From: an uncultured Verrucomicrobiae bacterium
Lineage (GTDB): Bacteria > Verrucomicrobiota > Verrucomicrobiia > Chthoniobacterales > JAFAMB01
Direction: 5' to 3'
NCBI GenBank assembly: GCA_963837955.1
Contig: CAWIPH010000002.1
Coordinates: 192,001 to 256,000 of the forward strand
Length of the DNA: 64,000 nucleotides
Shown here in pieces: positions 1 to 10,520 of the stretch (positions are counted from its first letter, which is position 1; every line of letters starts with the position of its first letter). The notes under the pieces are model-generated. The model searched no databases and had not been told where the DNA came from. It saw only the letters and a list, made by a program, of their open reading frames with translations. Made by a program: the position numbers and the translations under genes.

Positions 1-1768
1 CAATCTGCTTGCCAATGGGATCTTGGCCCGGGAAGAAGCGTAGAGCGAGAGCCTTGTCGATGATGGCAACGTTCTCGCTATCAAGCGTATCTCGGGCGTC
101 GAAATCGCGTCCGCGTAACAAAGGAATTTGTAATGTGCGAAAATAGCTTGGAGAAACTTCTTGCGTGTCCATAGTCGGCTCCCGACCCGGTCCAGGATCA
201 GGTTGCCCCGTCACAAGAAAAGGATCGGACTCACCGTAATCCCAGTTGAACGGTAAATCCCGGTTCATCGCTGCCTCGGTCACTCCCGGTAAACTGCGCA
301 CCTTATCCAGCACAGTATCAAAGAATGGGGGCATTCGACGGAAGTCCGATGTGTACTTCGTACTCGTCGGATAAATCTCGGCAATAAGGACGTGATGCGG
401 GTTGAAACCGAGCGGAACGTTTTGCGCCGCTTGAAAGCTGCGAGAAAGCAATCCGGCTGCAATCAGCAATACGCAAGCGAGCGCCACCTGAGCTATGATC
501 AGGATGGACTGTGTTCGTTGCCGCTGTGGACCGACGGTGGCTGCACGTCCGTGTTCATCCTTGAGGGCTGACCCGAGATTAGCCTTCGAAAGACTCCACG
601 CTGGCAGTAATCCGGACAGCAATGAGGCGAGCAAGGTCACGCTCGAGACAAAAAGCAACACCGTGGCATCCAGACCAATCTCCTGAAAGCGGTACAGATC
701 CCGTGGACCGAATGCCTTGATCCCTTCAATTGCCCAAAAAGCGACAAAGATACCGACGATCCCTCCGACCAGCGATAGCAACGCAGTTTCTAGCAACAGC
801 TGCCCAATCAGACGAAGGCGGGACGCGCCGAGTGCTGCTCGAATCGTCATTTCTTTTCTACGTTCGAGGGCTCTAGCGAAAAGCAGATTCGCAATGTTCG
901 CGCTAGAAATTAACAAGAGGCAGCCGACGGCGGCTCCCAACAACCAAACCGTTCCGGAGTAATTGGATACCAGACTATCCAGAAACGGCGCAACCCGAAG
1001 GCCGTAGTTTTTATCCGTGTCTGGGTATCGAGCGATTAAGTTATTATGGATAACCTCTAAATCCGCCTGCGCTTGCTCCAGGCTAATGCCGTGTTTCAAT
1101 CGTCCAAGACAAAGAAAGACATGCAGATCACGCTGTTGCAGCTTGTATCCAAAACTCGGCATCACATTCACCGGTACGTAGAGAGCAATCGGAGGTGGAC
1201 CCGAATCGTCTGCTTGGGCCGGTGCAACGCCCGTAACTCGAAAGCTTTGATCACTAAGAGTTAGGCTCTTACCGATGATATTCGGGTCGGAGTTGAAACG
1301 GCTTCTCCAAAGCCATTCGCTCAGAACGACTACTGGTGGGCTACCGGGCTTATCTTCATCGTCAGTGAACGGGCGGCCAAGAATAAAAGAACGCCTCGTC
1401 AACTTGAAAAGGCTTGGGGAGGCGAAGACAACTCTAAGTCGCTCAGGTTCTCTTTTGCCGGTGAAATCGAACAAGTCGAAACACGATATGGAAAGGCTAT
1501 CGAAGGAGTGCTGCGCCGCGCAGACATCCAAGAAATCAGGATAGTCGAATCCCATGACGTTGGTATTCTGGAAAGGCATGGAGATCGTCACCAACCGTTC
1601 CGGCTCTGGGTAAGGCGCCGGTTTCAATAGAACAGCATCGATCAAACTAAAGATCGCCGTGTTTGCGCCGATACCGAACCCGAGGATCAGCACCGCGGTG
1701 ATCGTAAACCCCGGCGACTTAAGAAGTAGTCTTACCGTGTACCGCAGCTGTTGTAGAAAACCATGCAT
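1..1768 (-). CDS. ABC transporter permease, ADOP/MacB-FtsX duplicated permease family (runs off left edge)
   Basis: Manual translation from ATG at 1768 gives [44 protein letters not shown]..., with later ANIANLLFARALERRKEMTIRAALGASR. Paralogous to 1802..4246. Confidence 0.9.
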   Translation of the reverse strand, partial: MHGFLQQLRYTVRLLLKSPGFTITAVLILGFGIGANTAIFSLIDAVLLKPAPYPEPERLVTISMPFQNTNVMGFDYPDFLDVCAAQHSFDSLSISCFDLFDFTGKREPERLRVVFASPSLFKLTRRSFILGRPFTDDEDKPGSPPVVVLSEWLWRSRFNSDPNIIGKSLTLSDQSFRVTGVAPAQADDSGPPPIALYVPVNVMPSFGYKLQQRDLHVFLCLGRLKHGISLEQAQADLEVIHNNLIARYPDTDKNYGLRVAPFLDSLVSNYSGTVWLLGAAVGCLLLISSANIANLLFARALERRKEMTIRAALGASRLRLIGQLLLETALLSLVGGIVGIFVAFWAIEGIKAFGPRDLYRFQEIGLDATVLLFVSSVTLLASLLSGLLPAWSLSKANLGSALKDEHGRAATVGPQRQRTQSILIIAQVALACVLLIAAGLLSRSFQAAQNVPLGFNPHHVLIAEIYPTSTKYTSDFRRMPPFFDTVLDKVRSLPGVTEAAMNRDLPFNWDYGESDPFLVTGQPDPGPGREPTMDTQEVSPSYFRTLQIPLLRGRDFDARDTLDSENVAIIDKALALRFFPGQDPIGKQI

Positions 1769-1801
1769 GGTTCTGGGGGTAATTTTGTTGGGATGCCATC
1801 G

Positions 1802-4246
1802 CTATTCCCTCAGCGCTGTGATTGGATTGATCCTCGTCGCGCGCAGCGCTGGTAATAAACAGGCCAGTAAAGCGGCTAACCCCAGCACGAGCACGCTCAG
1901 ACCGAGAGAAATCGGATCGGCTGCCGAGACGCTGAATAACATGCTTTCCATGAGATGGCTCAGCGCTAGTGCGGCTACAAGTCCGATCACCAATCCGATA
2001 GCGACGATCTTCAGACCGCGCTGAATCACCAATTTAATGATGTTCGATCGTGGCGCTCCCATCGCCATTCTCACACTGATCTCCTGTTTGCGGAGACTTA
2101 CCGAATAGGAAAGCACACCGTACAAACCAACGGACGCAAGAAAGAGGGCGACTCCCGAGAATATACTAACGACCGTCATCCCGAGCCGACGGGACACGAA
2201 CGCTTTTTGGACCAAATGATCAAAAGTGTCGACATCCGACAGCGGCAAAGTGGGGTCAATTGTGGCGACCGACTCTCGGACGGCACCTATCAAGGATAGC
2301 GGGTCACCCTCGGTGTGTAGCACCAGTGTCCCAAAATCTATTGGACGCAGCGGCGCATATGGATCTTGAGCGTAGAGGTAATAGGCTTGGAAGGGAGTCC
2401 ATTGAGCGTCGGGACTGTCGTGTTGTATATTCGGTACGACGCCGACAATCGTATAAAAATTCTGCTTCAGGCCAATGCTGTTGGTGTCGTGGATCTGTTT
2501 TCCGATAGCGTCCTGGCCAGGGAAAAAATGTTGAGCAAGGCTCTCACTGACAATAACTGCTTTCTGTTTGTCAGCTTGGTCCTCCTCATCAAAAAGTCGT
2601 CCACGTAGCAGTGGAATCCCGACGGTGCGAAAGTAATCGCGTGACACAATTTGACTTTCCAAGAGGGGCTTATGCTCGAGGTTGGGATCGGGTTGGCCGG
2701 CGATTCCAAAAGCAGCGCCGACCGAACGGGTAAAGGGTAATGCATCGTCTAACCCGGCGGAAATAACACCAGGCAAATGACTAACCTTATCAAGCAGCGC
2801 ATCGAAGAAAATTTTGCGCGCCGGTTGAGAGGAATACTTAGTGCGGGCGAGGTAGACATCTGCTGTAAGGATATGGTCGGTCTTGAATCCAAGAGGGATA
2901 CTCTGAAGGGCCTGAAGACTGCGGGCCAAGAGACCGGCTCCGGTTAAGAGAATGCATGTAAGCGCAACTTGTCCTGCAACCAGGATTGCTTGGCTCCGTT
3001 GCCGTTGTGGACCAGCGGTTCCGGCCCGCTCACCTTCCCGTTTTAGAGCGGAAGTTAGATTCGTTTTTGGAACGGTCCACGCGGGAAAAAGCCCCGACGC
3101 AAGGGCAGTGAAAAGCGTTACAGCGACAACGAATGCCAGCGAACCGCCATCTAGCCGGATCTCCTGAAAACGCAGAACGTCCGGAGGAGCGAGTTCCTTG
3201 ATTGCCTCCAGAGCCCCAATCGCCATTAGCAGGCCGATGATTCCTCCAGCTGTAGCTAGGACTGTGCTCTCGGCCAAAATTTGACTAGCAAGTTTGATTC
3301 GACTCGCTCCAAGAGCTGCCCGGATAGTCATTTCTTTTCGGCGTTCCTGAGCTCTGGCAAGGAGCAAATTCGCGACATTGGCACAAGTAATGAGAAGCAA
3401 ACAAGTCACGGCGCCTTCAAGGAGCCAAACAGTCGCGGAGTAATCGGTGACCACGCTATCAAGATAGGGAACGAGTCGGATTCCAAATCCGGCATCTGTC
3501 GCCGGATAGCTGGCCACCAGGTTCTGGCGGATGACCTCTAAGTCGGCTTGCGCCTGCTGCAAGGTGACCCTGTCTTTGAGCCGACCGATACACGAATAAA
3601 AGGAAGCGCCTCGCCGGATCTTTTTGGAAGAGTCGAAATCGGGATCCTGGCTCAGCGGGACATAGAGGTCGACTTTCGCCGATTCGTCTGCTTGCCCGGG
3701 CGTAACGCCGATCACTTGGAAGTTCTTCGAATTGAGCGAAACGTGGGTGCCGACGATCTTCGGATCTGCGTTAAAACCGCTTCGCCAAAGATGTTCGCTA
3801 AGCACAACCACAGCAGGCGCGTCCGGCCGGTCGTCTGTTTCGACTATTGGACGCCCCATCAGGAACGGGCGGCCAAGGACTCTAAAGAAAGTGCCGGAAA
3901 CGTAGACACCGCTGATCCGTTGAGGGTCTCCTTGACTCGCAAGATTAAAGTCATCGTAAGAGAACGCCGCTAGGCCATCAAACGTGCGTTGGTTTGTGCT
4001 GTAATCGACAAAATCTGGGTAATCGAACCCGCCCGTGTCGAAGTTTCGAAAAGGCCGGAAAATCTGCACTAGTCGATCGGCCTTCGGATAAGGCAACGGC
4101 TTGAGCAATACGCAGTTGATGAGGCTAAAGATCGCCGTGTTGGCACCGATTCCAAACCGAGAATCAGAACCGCGGTGATGAGTAAATCCAGGCGACTTGA
4201 GAAGCGGTCGAAGCGTGTAGCGCAGGGATTGAAGAAAACCGTGCAT
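1802..4246 (-). CDS. ABC transporter permease, ADOP family (814 aa)
   Basis: Motifs [47 protein letters not shown] and PALRATRINPITALRE show two MacB_PCD+FtsX halves. A short compensated frameshift near residues 23-31 is likely. Confidence 0.93.
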   Translation of the reverse strand: MHGFLQSLRYTLRPLLKSPGFTHHRGSDSRFGIGANTAIFSLINCVLLKPLPYPKADRLVQIFRPFRNFDTGGFDYPDFVDYSTNQRTFDGLAAFSYDDFNLASQGDPQRISGVYVSGTFFRVLGRPFLMGRPIVETDDRPDAPAVVVLSEHLWRSGFNADPKIVGTHVSLNSKNFQVIGVTPGQADESAKVDLYVPLSQDPDFDSSKKIRRGASFYSCIGRLKDRVTLQQAQADLEVIRQNLVASYPATDAGFGIRLVPYLDSVVTDYSATVWLLEGAVTCLLLITCANVANLLLARAQERRKEMTIRAALGASRIKLASQILAESTVLATAGGIIGLLMAIGALEAIKELAPPDVLRFQEIRLDGGSLAFVVAVTLFTALASGLFPAWTVPKTNLTSALKREGERAGTAGPQRQRSQAILVAGQVALTCILLTGAGLLARSLQALQSIPLGFKTDHILTADVYLARTKYSSQPARKIFFDALLDKVSHLPGVISAGLDDALPFTRSVGAAFGIAGQPDPNLEHKPLLESQIVSRDYFRTVGIPLLRGRLFDEEDQADKQKAVIVSESLAQHFFPGQDAIGKQIHDTNSIGLKQNFYTIVGVVPNIQHDSPDAQWTPFQAYYLYAQDPYAPLRPIDFGTLVLHTEGDPLSLIGAVRESVATIDPTLPLSDVDTFDHLVQKAFVSRRLGMTVVSIFSGVALFLASVGLYGVLSYSVSLRKQEISVRMAMGAPRSNIIKLVIQRGLKIVAIGLVIGLVAALALSHLMESMLFSVSAADPISLGLSVLVLGLAALLACLLPALRATRINPITALRE

Positions 4247-4274
4247 CTGTTTATGGGGATAAGCGAACGTAAAA

Positions 4275-6684
4275 CTATTCTCTGAGCGCCATGATCGGGT
4301 TGATCCGCGTGGCGCGCATCGCCGGCAGCAAACAGGCCACGAACGCGGCTAAGCCAAGGATGAGCACGCTTATAGTCAATGAGATGGGATCGGTTGCTGA
4401 GACGCCATACAAGACATTCTCAATCAGGTGACCAAGCAACAAGGCCGATACAATTCCGATGACCACTCCGATTGCGACTAGACGCAGCCCTTGGCGAGTC
4501 ACCAAGGAGAGGATATCGGATGACCGCGCACCGAGGGCAATGCGAATACCCAAGTCTCGAGTTCGTTGGCTGACTGAATAAGCTAACATCCCGTATACGC
4601 CGATGGCGGACAATAAAAGTGCAGCACCGGAAAACAGGCTCACCACGAGCAGACTTAGTCTTCTAGTCACAAGTCTCCCAGCAATCACATCCTCATAAGT
4701 GTTCGTCCGGCCTATCGCGACGTTTGGATCGATCGAGGCGATAACTTTTCGCAGATCCGTGGTAAGCGCGAGGGGATCCCCCTTTGAACGCAGCAACAAG
4801 ACCTCGTCAGCGCGACTGGATTGATTGTATGGAAAATAAGCTTGGAAACCGCTTTCCTCATCTCCGGGGCTCATGTAGCGGATGTGCGGAACTACCCCAA
4901 CAACTGCATAATCTTCAGCACCCGGGAGCTTGATCACTTTGCCGATGGCGTCCTGACCAGGCCAACAGCTTTGCGCCAGTGCTTCGTCGACGATGATCAC
5001 CTTTTGGGAATCCATTCTGTCTTGCGTTCCGAAATCGCGCCCGTGCAACAGCGGGATCTGGAGCGTTCGGAAGTAGTCCGGTGAAACCATCTGCCAGTCC
5101 AAAACCGGCTGTCGCCCGGGGCCGGGATCGGGTTGCCCGTCTATCGTGAAAGGAACCATGATCTCGAACCCATTTTTCAATGGCGGATCGGAATTCATGC
5201 CCGCTGCCTCAACGCCGGGAAGTTGGCGAACCTTCGCCAGTACTTCGTCCCAAAAACTCCGTGTTCGAACCTTATCTGATATATACTTCGCGCTGGTTAG
5301 CGAGAGTTCAGCAGTCAGAACTCTATACGGAATAAATCCGAGAGGAGCGCTCTGAGCCTCCGCAAAGCTACGAGCAAGTAAACCCGCACCAATGAGCAGC
5401 ACACAGGCTAACGCGATTTGTCCTATTACTAGGAGGGACTGCGCTCTTTGCCGCTGTGGCATTGAATGAAAGACTGCCTCATATTTAAGTACAGAAACGA
5501 CATCTGCTTTCGAAAGTCTCCACGCTGGCAAAAACCCCGAGAACAATGAGATAAATGCCGTCAACGCTAGAACGAACAGCAGAGCGCTATGGTCAATCGC
5601 TACCTCATTGAGGCGATACAGATCCGACGGACAGATACTTTTGATCGCTTCAATCGCCAAAAGAGCGATAAAAACTCCAACGATTCCGCCGAAGAGTGAT
5701 AAGAAGGCGGTTTCAAAGAGCGATTGCCCCACAGAAGCCGCAGCCGCGTTCCGCCAAGCGCGGAGCGAATGGTCATTTCTCGTCGGCGCGCCACGCCTCG
5801 CGCATACAGAAGATTTGCTATGTTCGCGCTCGAGATTAGCAAGAGACACCCTGCTGCTGCGCCCAGCAGCCAAATGCTCCGTGAATAGTCGATTACGACC
5901 CGATCCTGGACCGGGACGAGGCGCAAACCGTACCCGCTGTCTACGTCTGGGTACCGAGCAATCAAGTTGTTATGAATGGCCTCCAGTTCCGCCTGGGCTT
6001 GAGCAATGCTGACACCTTTTTTCAGCCGGCCAATACAGTCCACAAAATGGCCGTCCCGTTCCGAAAGCGAGTAGTTCAATACGGTCGTGAGCGCATTTAT
6101 CGGTACATACGCATCAGCGACCGGGGGTCCCCAATCGTTGATCTGAGTGGAGCAACACCGATTACCTGAAAGGTCCAGCCACTGAGCGTGATGCTTTTGC
6201 CAACTATCGCCGGATCGGGTTGGAAATGTCTCCGCCAGAACCGCTCGTTCAGAACAGCGACAAGCGGTCCGTGCCAAACATCCTCTTGCTCAATAAACGG
6301 GCGCCCCATAGTAATGGGAAGCCCCGTGACCTTAAAGAATGTTGATGAAACAAAGTCAACCTGAACATGTTTAGCTTGCTCCAATCCACCGAGATCAAGC
6401 GTCTGTGGGGCTGCGACTGCAAGGCTATCAAATGTGTGTTCCGCGCTGGCTATGTCCACATAGTCAGGATAATCAGTCCACTTAGCGTATCTTTCTGATA
6501 GGGCATACACACCTCCACGAGCCGATCTGGGTTCGGGTAAGGTAGTGGTCTGAGCAATACCGCGTCGATCAGGCTAAAGATGGCGGTGTTGAGCGCCGAT
6601 ACCGAAACCGAGGATCAGGATCGCCGTGATGGTAAATCCAGGCGACTTGAGCAGGAGACGGAGGGTGTGGCGAATGGGGGACAC
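4275..6684 (-). pseudogene. ADOP-family permease, frameshifted (split over 6097..6510, 5600..6277, 4275..5873); true pseudogene or consensus error
   Basis: N-terminus [31 protein letters not shown] reads from ~6684. Consecutive ORF fragments carry successive family motifs, and the C-terminus is PAMRATRINPIMALRE. Confidence 0.85.
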
Positions 6685-6864
6685 GTGGTGGAGTGAGCGG
6701 TGGAAGACGTAGCTGGTGATTAGTGAGAGGCGAGTAATCAGTAATCAGTAGGTCAGTAATCAGTAACAGAGAGGAGCTAGGAGGTTCAATTTTTGCGTTC
6801 TTTGCGTTTTTTTTTGCGGCTATTCTTCTTGGCTATCGGCTATTGGTCACTCGCGCGTAGTGCG

Positions 6865-9313
6865 CTATTCGCGCAACGCTGTCAATGGATTGATGCGTGT
6901 CGCTCGGAAGGCAGGTAACAAACAGGCAATCAAAGTCGTAAAACTGAGCACGAGCACGCTAAGCCCTACAGAGATCGGATCCTCAACAGAAACTCCATAG
7001 AGAATGCCGGCCATTAAGTGCGAGAGCGCCAGGGCCGCGACAAGTCCAATCATCAGGCCCACGCCAACGAGTGTAAACCCTTGTTTAACCACCAATTGGA
7101 TAATGTTCTTTGAATCGGCTCCTAGGGCGACGCGGACACCGATCTCGCACTTCCTTTGAGCGACGGAATACGATAGGACACCGTACAATCCAACCGCGGC
7201 TAATAGCAGAGCGGCTCCGGAAAAGAGACTAACCACCGTTGCTGCCAGGCGCTTGGTTGCAAATGACTTTCCGATAAAATCGTTGAACGGGTCAACGTTT
7301 GATAGCGGCAGGTTCGGATCAATCGATGCTACCACTTTCTCGAGTGATGCGATCAGCAAACGAGGATCGCTTTCGGTGCGGATTACTAGCGTCCCCCAAT
7401 TGATCGGATTGGGCCACACGTTTTGAGAGTAAGGAAAATAAGCCTGAAAGGGCGACTGTTGGGATTCAGGGTTGTTATGCTGAACATTCCCGACTACACC
7501 GATAATGGTAAACAGATGGCGTTCAGGAGCACCGACATCGATGTCGGCACGGTCGTGAAGCTGTTTCCCAACAGGGTCCTCACCAGGAAAGAAACGCTGG
7601 GCAATGCTTTGGCTAATAATCACTACTTTCTCTTTATCCGGACCATCTTGGTCCGTAATCAAGCGTCCTTTCAGTAAGGGGACCTCCGCCGCTCTGAAAT
7701 AGTCAGGCGTGACCCACTGCCAGTCCAAGCCCGGCACCTCGCTGGTATTCGGGTCCGGTTGACCGGCAATGCCGAAACCGACGGCGTTACTATCGAAGAA
7801 AGGGAGGTCGCTATTGAGCCCCGCTGCTATTACGCCGGGTAATTGCCTCACCCTGGTGAGCACGGGGTCGAAGACGGCTTGGCAGGCGACCTGAGTCGAA
7901 TACTTGGCTTCCGAAAGATTGATATAGGCAGTCAGGACATGACTTGGATTGAAGCCAAGAGGAGCGTTTTTCAAAGCTTGAAAACTGCGAGCGAGGAGGC
8001 CGGCGCCAATCAAAAGAACAGAAGTTAGCGCCACCTGCCCGGTCACCAAAAAGGCCTGGCCACGATATCGCTGGCGACCGGGCGTGCCACCGCGGTTCCC
8101 TTCCTCTTTAAGCGCTGAAGCGAGGTTAGTGCTCGAATTCACGAGCGCGGGGAAAAGCCCCGAACCTAGCGCCGTCAGGGCCGTGATAATCACAACGAAT
8201 GCTAAGCTGCCGCCATCGAGTTTAATCTCTTGAAAGCGCGAGACATCCTCTGGCGCCAAAGCCCTGACTGCATCCAGCCCCCAAGCCGAGAGCAGCAAAC
8301 CGACAAGTCCTCCGGTAGCAGCGAGCGGTAAGGTCTCGATCAAGAGCTTGGGCAATTAGTCGCAGCCGGCTGGCGCCTAAAGCGGAGCGGATATTGAGTT
8401 CTCTCCGACGTGCCTGGGCCCGTGCTAACAACAAATTAGCGACGTTCGCACAAGTAATTAAAAGGAGACAGACCACGGCGGCCTCTAATATCCAAAGCGT
8501 CGCCGTATAGTCGTTCATGACACTATTCAGATAAGGAACGACGCTAATGCCAAAAGCTTTATCCGTGTCAGGATAGCGGTCAGCGAGATTCCGCCGGATC
8601 ACCTCCAGGTCGGCTTGAGCTTGGCCGACCGTGGTGCCTGGCTTAAGCCGGCCGACGCAAGAAAAGTTGTGACTACCTCTTTGCGTGGTGACCCAAGTGC
8701 CGAAATCGGGACTCTGACCCAAGGGAACATAAAGATCGACTTTTGCTGACTCGTTGGCTTGTGCCGGCGTCACTCCAATCACTTGAAACCTTTTTCCATT
8801 CAGCGTGAGATTGGCCCCAATCAAGCTCGGGTCCGAGTGGAATCGAGTTCGCCAAAGATGTTCACTGATAACGACTACCCCAGCGACGTCAGGCTTATCC
8901 TCACCTTCCCCAAACGGGCGACCCACCAAAAATGGACGACCTAACACTCTAAAGAAATTCCCGGTCACATATAAGCCGCTGATGCGCTCCGCGGCCCCTC
9001 GACCGGAAAGAGCAAAGTCGGCGTTCTGATAAGCACTCAGACCGTCAAAACAGTGTTGGTTAGCGCTAAAATCGAGGTAGTCAGGAAAATCGAAGGGAAC
9101 GCGATCAAAATTGCGGCCTGGTTGAAAGAGTTGTACCAGACGTTCTGAATCCGGATACGGTAGCGGCTTCAGTAAAGCTCCGTTGATCAGGCTGAAAATT
9201 ACGGTATTGGCGCCAATACCAATGCCCAGGATAAAAACCGCCGTGACAGTGAATCCCGGCGTTTTAATCAGCAACCGGAGCGTGTGGCGGAGATGGGAAA
9301 TTACGCTTCGCAT
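6865..9313 (-). pseudogene. ADOP-family permease with one frameshift near 8350 (ORFs 8222..9313 + 6865..8355)
   Basis: MRSVISHLRHTLRLLIKTPGF...IRSALGASRLRLIAQ continues in another frame as LLIETLPLAATGG...PAFRATRINPLTALRE. Confidence 0.87.
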
Positions 9314-9350
9314 TGGAGATCAGTCTTAGTTTCTGGTTTTTAGATTTGTT

Positions 9351-9818
9351 TCACTCACGTAAAGGGGTAATGGGATTGATTCGCGTGGAGCGGAGGGCTG
9401 GTAATAAGCAGGCGATCAAAGCGGCAAGGCCAAGAACCGGAACACTCAGACCGATAGACACCACATCGATAGCGGACACGCCGTAGAGAATGCTGGCTAT
9501 GAATTGGGAAAGAGCCAGAGCTGCCGCCAGGCCGGTCGCTAATCCGATCCCTACTACGATCAATCCCTGTCTGGAATCGAGATAGTCAGGATAACTAAGC
9601 CGGACGTGTTGCAGATCCCGGAATGGCTCGAACAGCTGGACGAGACGCTCGGGATGCGGGTACGCAAGCGGTTTCAGCAAAACGTTATCGATCAGGCTGA
9701 AGATTGCCGTGTTCGCGCCGATACCTAAGCTCAGTATCAGGACGGCAGTAAGTGTAAATCCAGGCGACTTGAGCAGTAGCCGCAGCGTGTATTGCAGATG
9801 TGCTAGTACGCCTTGCAT
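9351..9818 (-). CDS. Internally deleted mini ADOP permease (155 aa)
   Basis: ATG at 9818 follows GGAG. The family N-terminus ([21 protein letters not shown]...SYPDYLDS) is fused in frame to the family C-terminus ([10 protein letters not shown]...[10 protein letters not shown]). Confidence 0.8.
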   Translation of the reverse strand: MQGVLAHLQYTLRLLLKSPGFTLTAVLILSLGIGANTAIFSLIDNVLLKPLAYPHPERLVQLFEPFRDLQHVRLSYPDYLDSRQGLIVVGIGLATGLAAALALSQFIASILYGVSAIDVVSIGLSVPVLGLAALIACLLPALRSTRINPITPLRE

Positions 9819-9843
9819 TTCTCCGGTGTTCTCCAAAGGAGGG

Positions 9844-9859
9844 GCACATCTTATGCCAA
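9844..9859 (-). promoter_or_regulatory. Candidate sigma-54 (-24/-12) promoter for the permease array
   Basis: Minus strand reads TTGGCATAAGATGTGC, i.e. GG-N10-GC spacing, 26 nt upstream of the ATG at 9818. Confidence 0.7.
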
Positions 9860-9921
9860 CAAAACACTTGGAGCGCTCGCCTCCGTTTAGCAGGGTGTAT
9901 TCCGAAAGGTCGTGGAAAGCC

Positions 9922-9957
9922 GTCTCAAAGTGACACCGAATCGTCTCATTTTGGGAC
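9922..9957. promoter_or_regulatory. Tandem imperfect palindromes, candidate enhancer-binding-protein sites (UAS)
   Basis: GTCTCAAAGTGACAC (9922-9936) and GTCTCATTTTGGGAC (9943-9957), 21 bp apart and ~65-100 bp upstream of the sigma-54 motif. Confidence 0.6.
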
Positions 9958-10466
9958 TGAGATGTTAGTATTTTGCTCGCTAGGGATTTAACGGTGACTA
10001 CTGGTTCCTCTTTGAAACCTGAGGCGATCAAAGGCTGTCAGGTGGTGTGACCGTGTCGAGTGCCGAGATGATCTGTTGGATAGCTTGATCCAACGAGAGC
10101 TAATGGGTGTCTATTTCAACATCGTATTCTGACTCTCTGTGAACGATCGAAGCTTGATAGTGGGCCAAGCCGCCCCTCAAAATCAACAAATGCTCGGTCG
10201 ACCGCTGTACTTACCGCCTGAGCAGGTTGTCCGACTCAGCCACCAGGTCGCCGCGTTTTCATAGTGTAGTCGGATCAATTCCGGGGTTCTCTACATCTCT
10301 CAGGATTTTTTTCGCGGCTGGTGCCCAAAGGGATGTTTCACCGCTACTTACCTCTGCAATTTTCCCAGAGCTCGCGTTTGCTTGCACGTGATCTCCCCGG
10401 TGCTCTGAAGACTTGGGCGGCGTCCCGGCGTAACGGACGGTAATCAGAGGGTTGGTCGCATCGCGT

Positions 10467-10520
10467 GGACGATAATCGTCCGTTTTATGGTTGATAATCA
10501 TCCATATAATGGTTGATTAT
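10467..10520. repeat. Palindromic 22-bp-period repeats upstream of the AAA gene
   Basis: GGACGATAATCGTCC (10467-81), GGTTGATAATCATCC (10489-503) and GGTTGATTAT (10511-20). Confidence 0.85.

Noticed and set aside
5600..8355. Programmed frameshifting in the permease genes
   Set aside because: The shifts occur at different non-conserved positions without evident slippery motifs and lie within a generally indel-rich zone.
9819..10031. N-terminal extension of ORF 9351..10031
   Set aside because: Paralogues start at the position equivalent to ATG 9818, and the extension overlaps the promoter and UAS motifs.
10467..10520. 22-bp-period repeats as a mini-CRISPR or plasmid iterons
   Set aside because: There are only 2-3 palindromic units without spacers and no Rep or cas gene. 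They are tied to the ends of the AAA gene.
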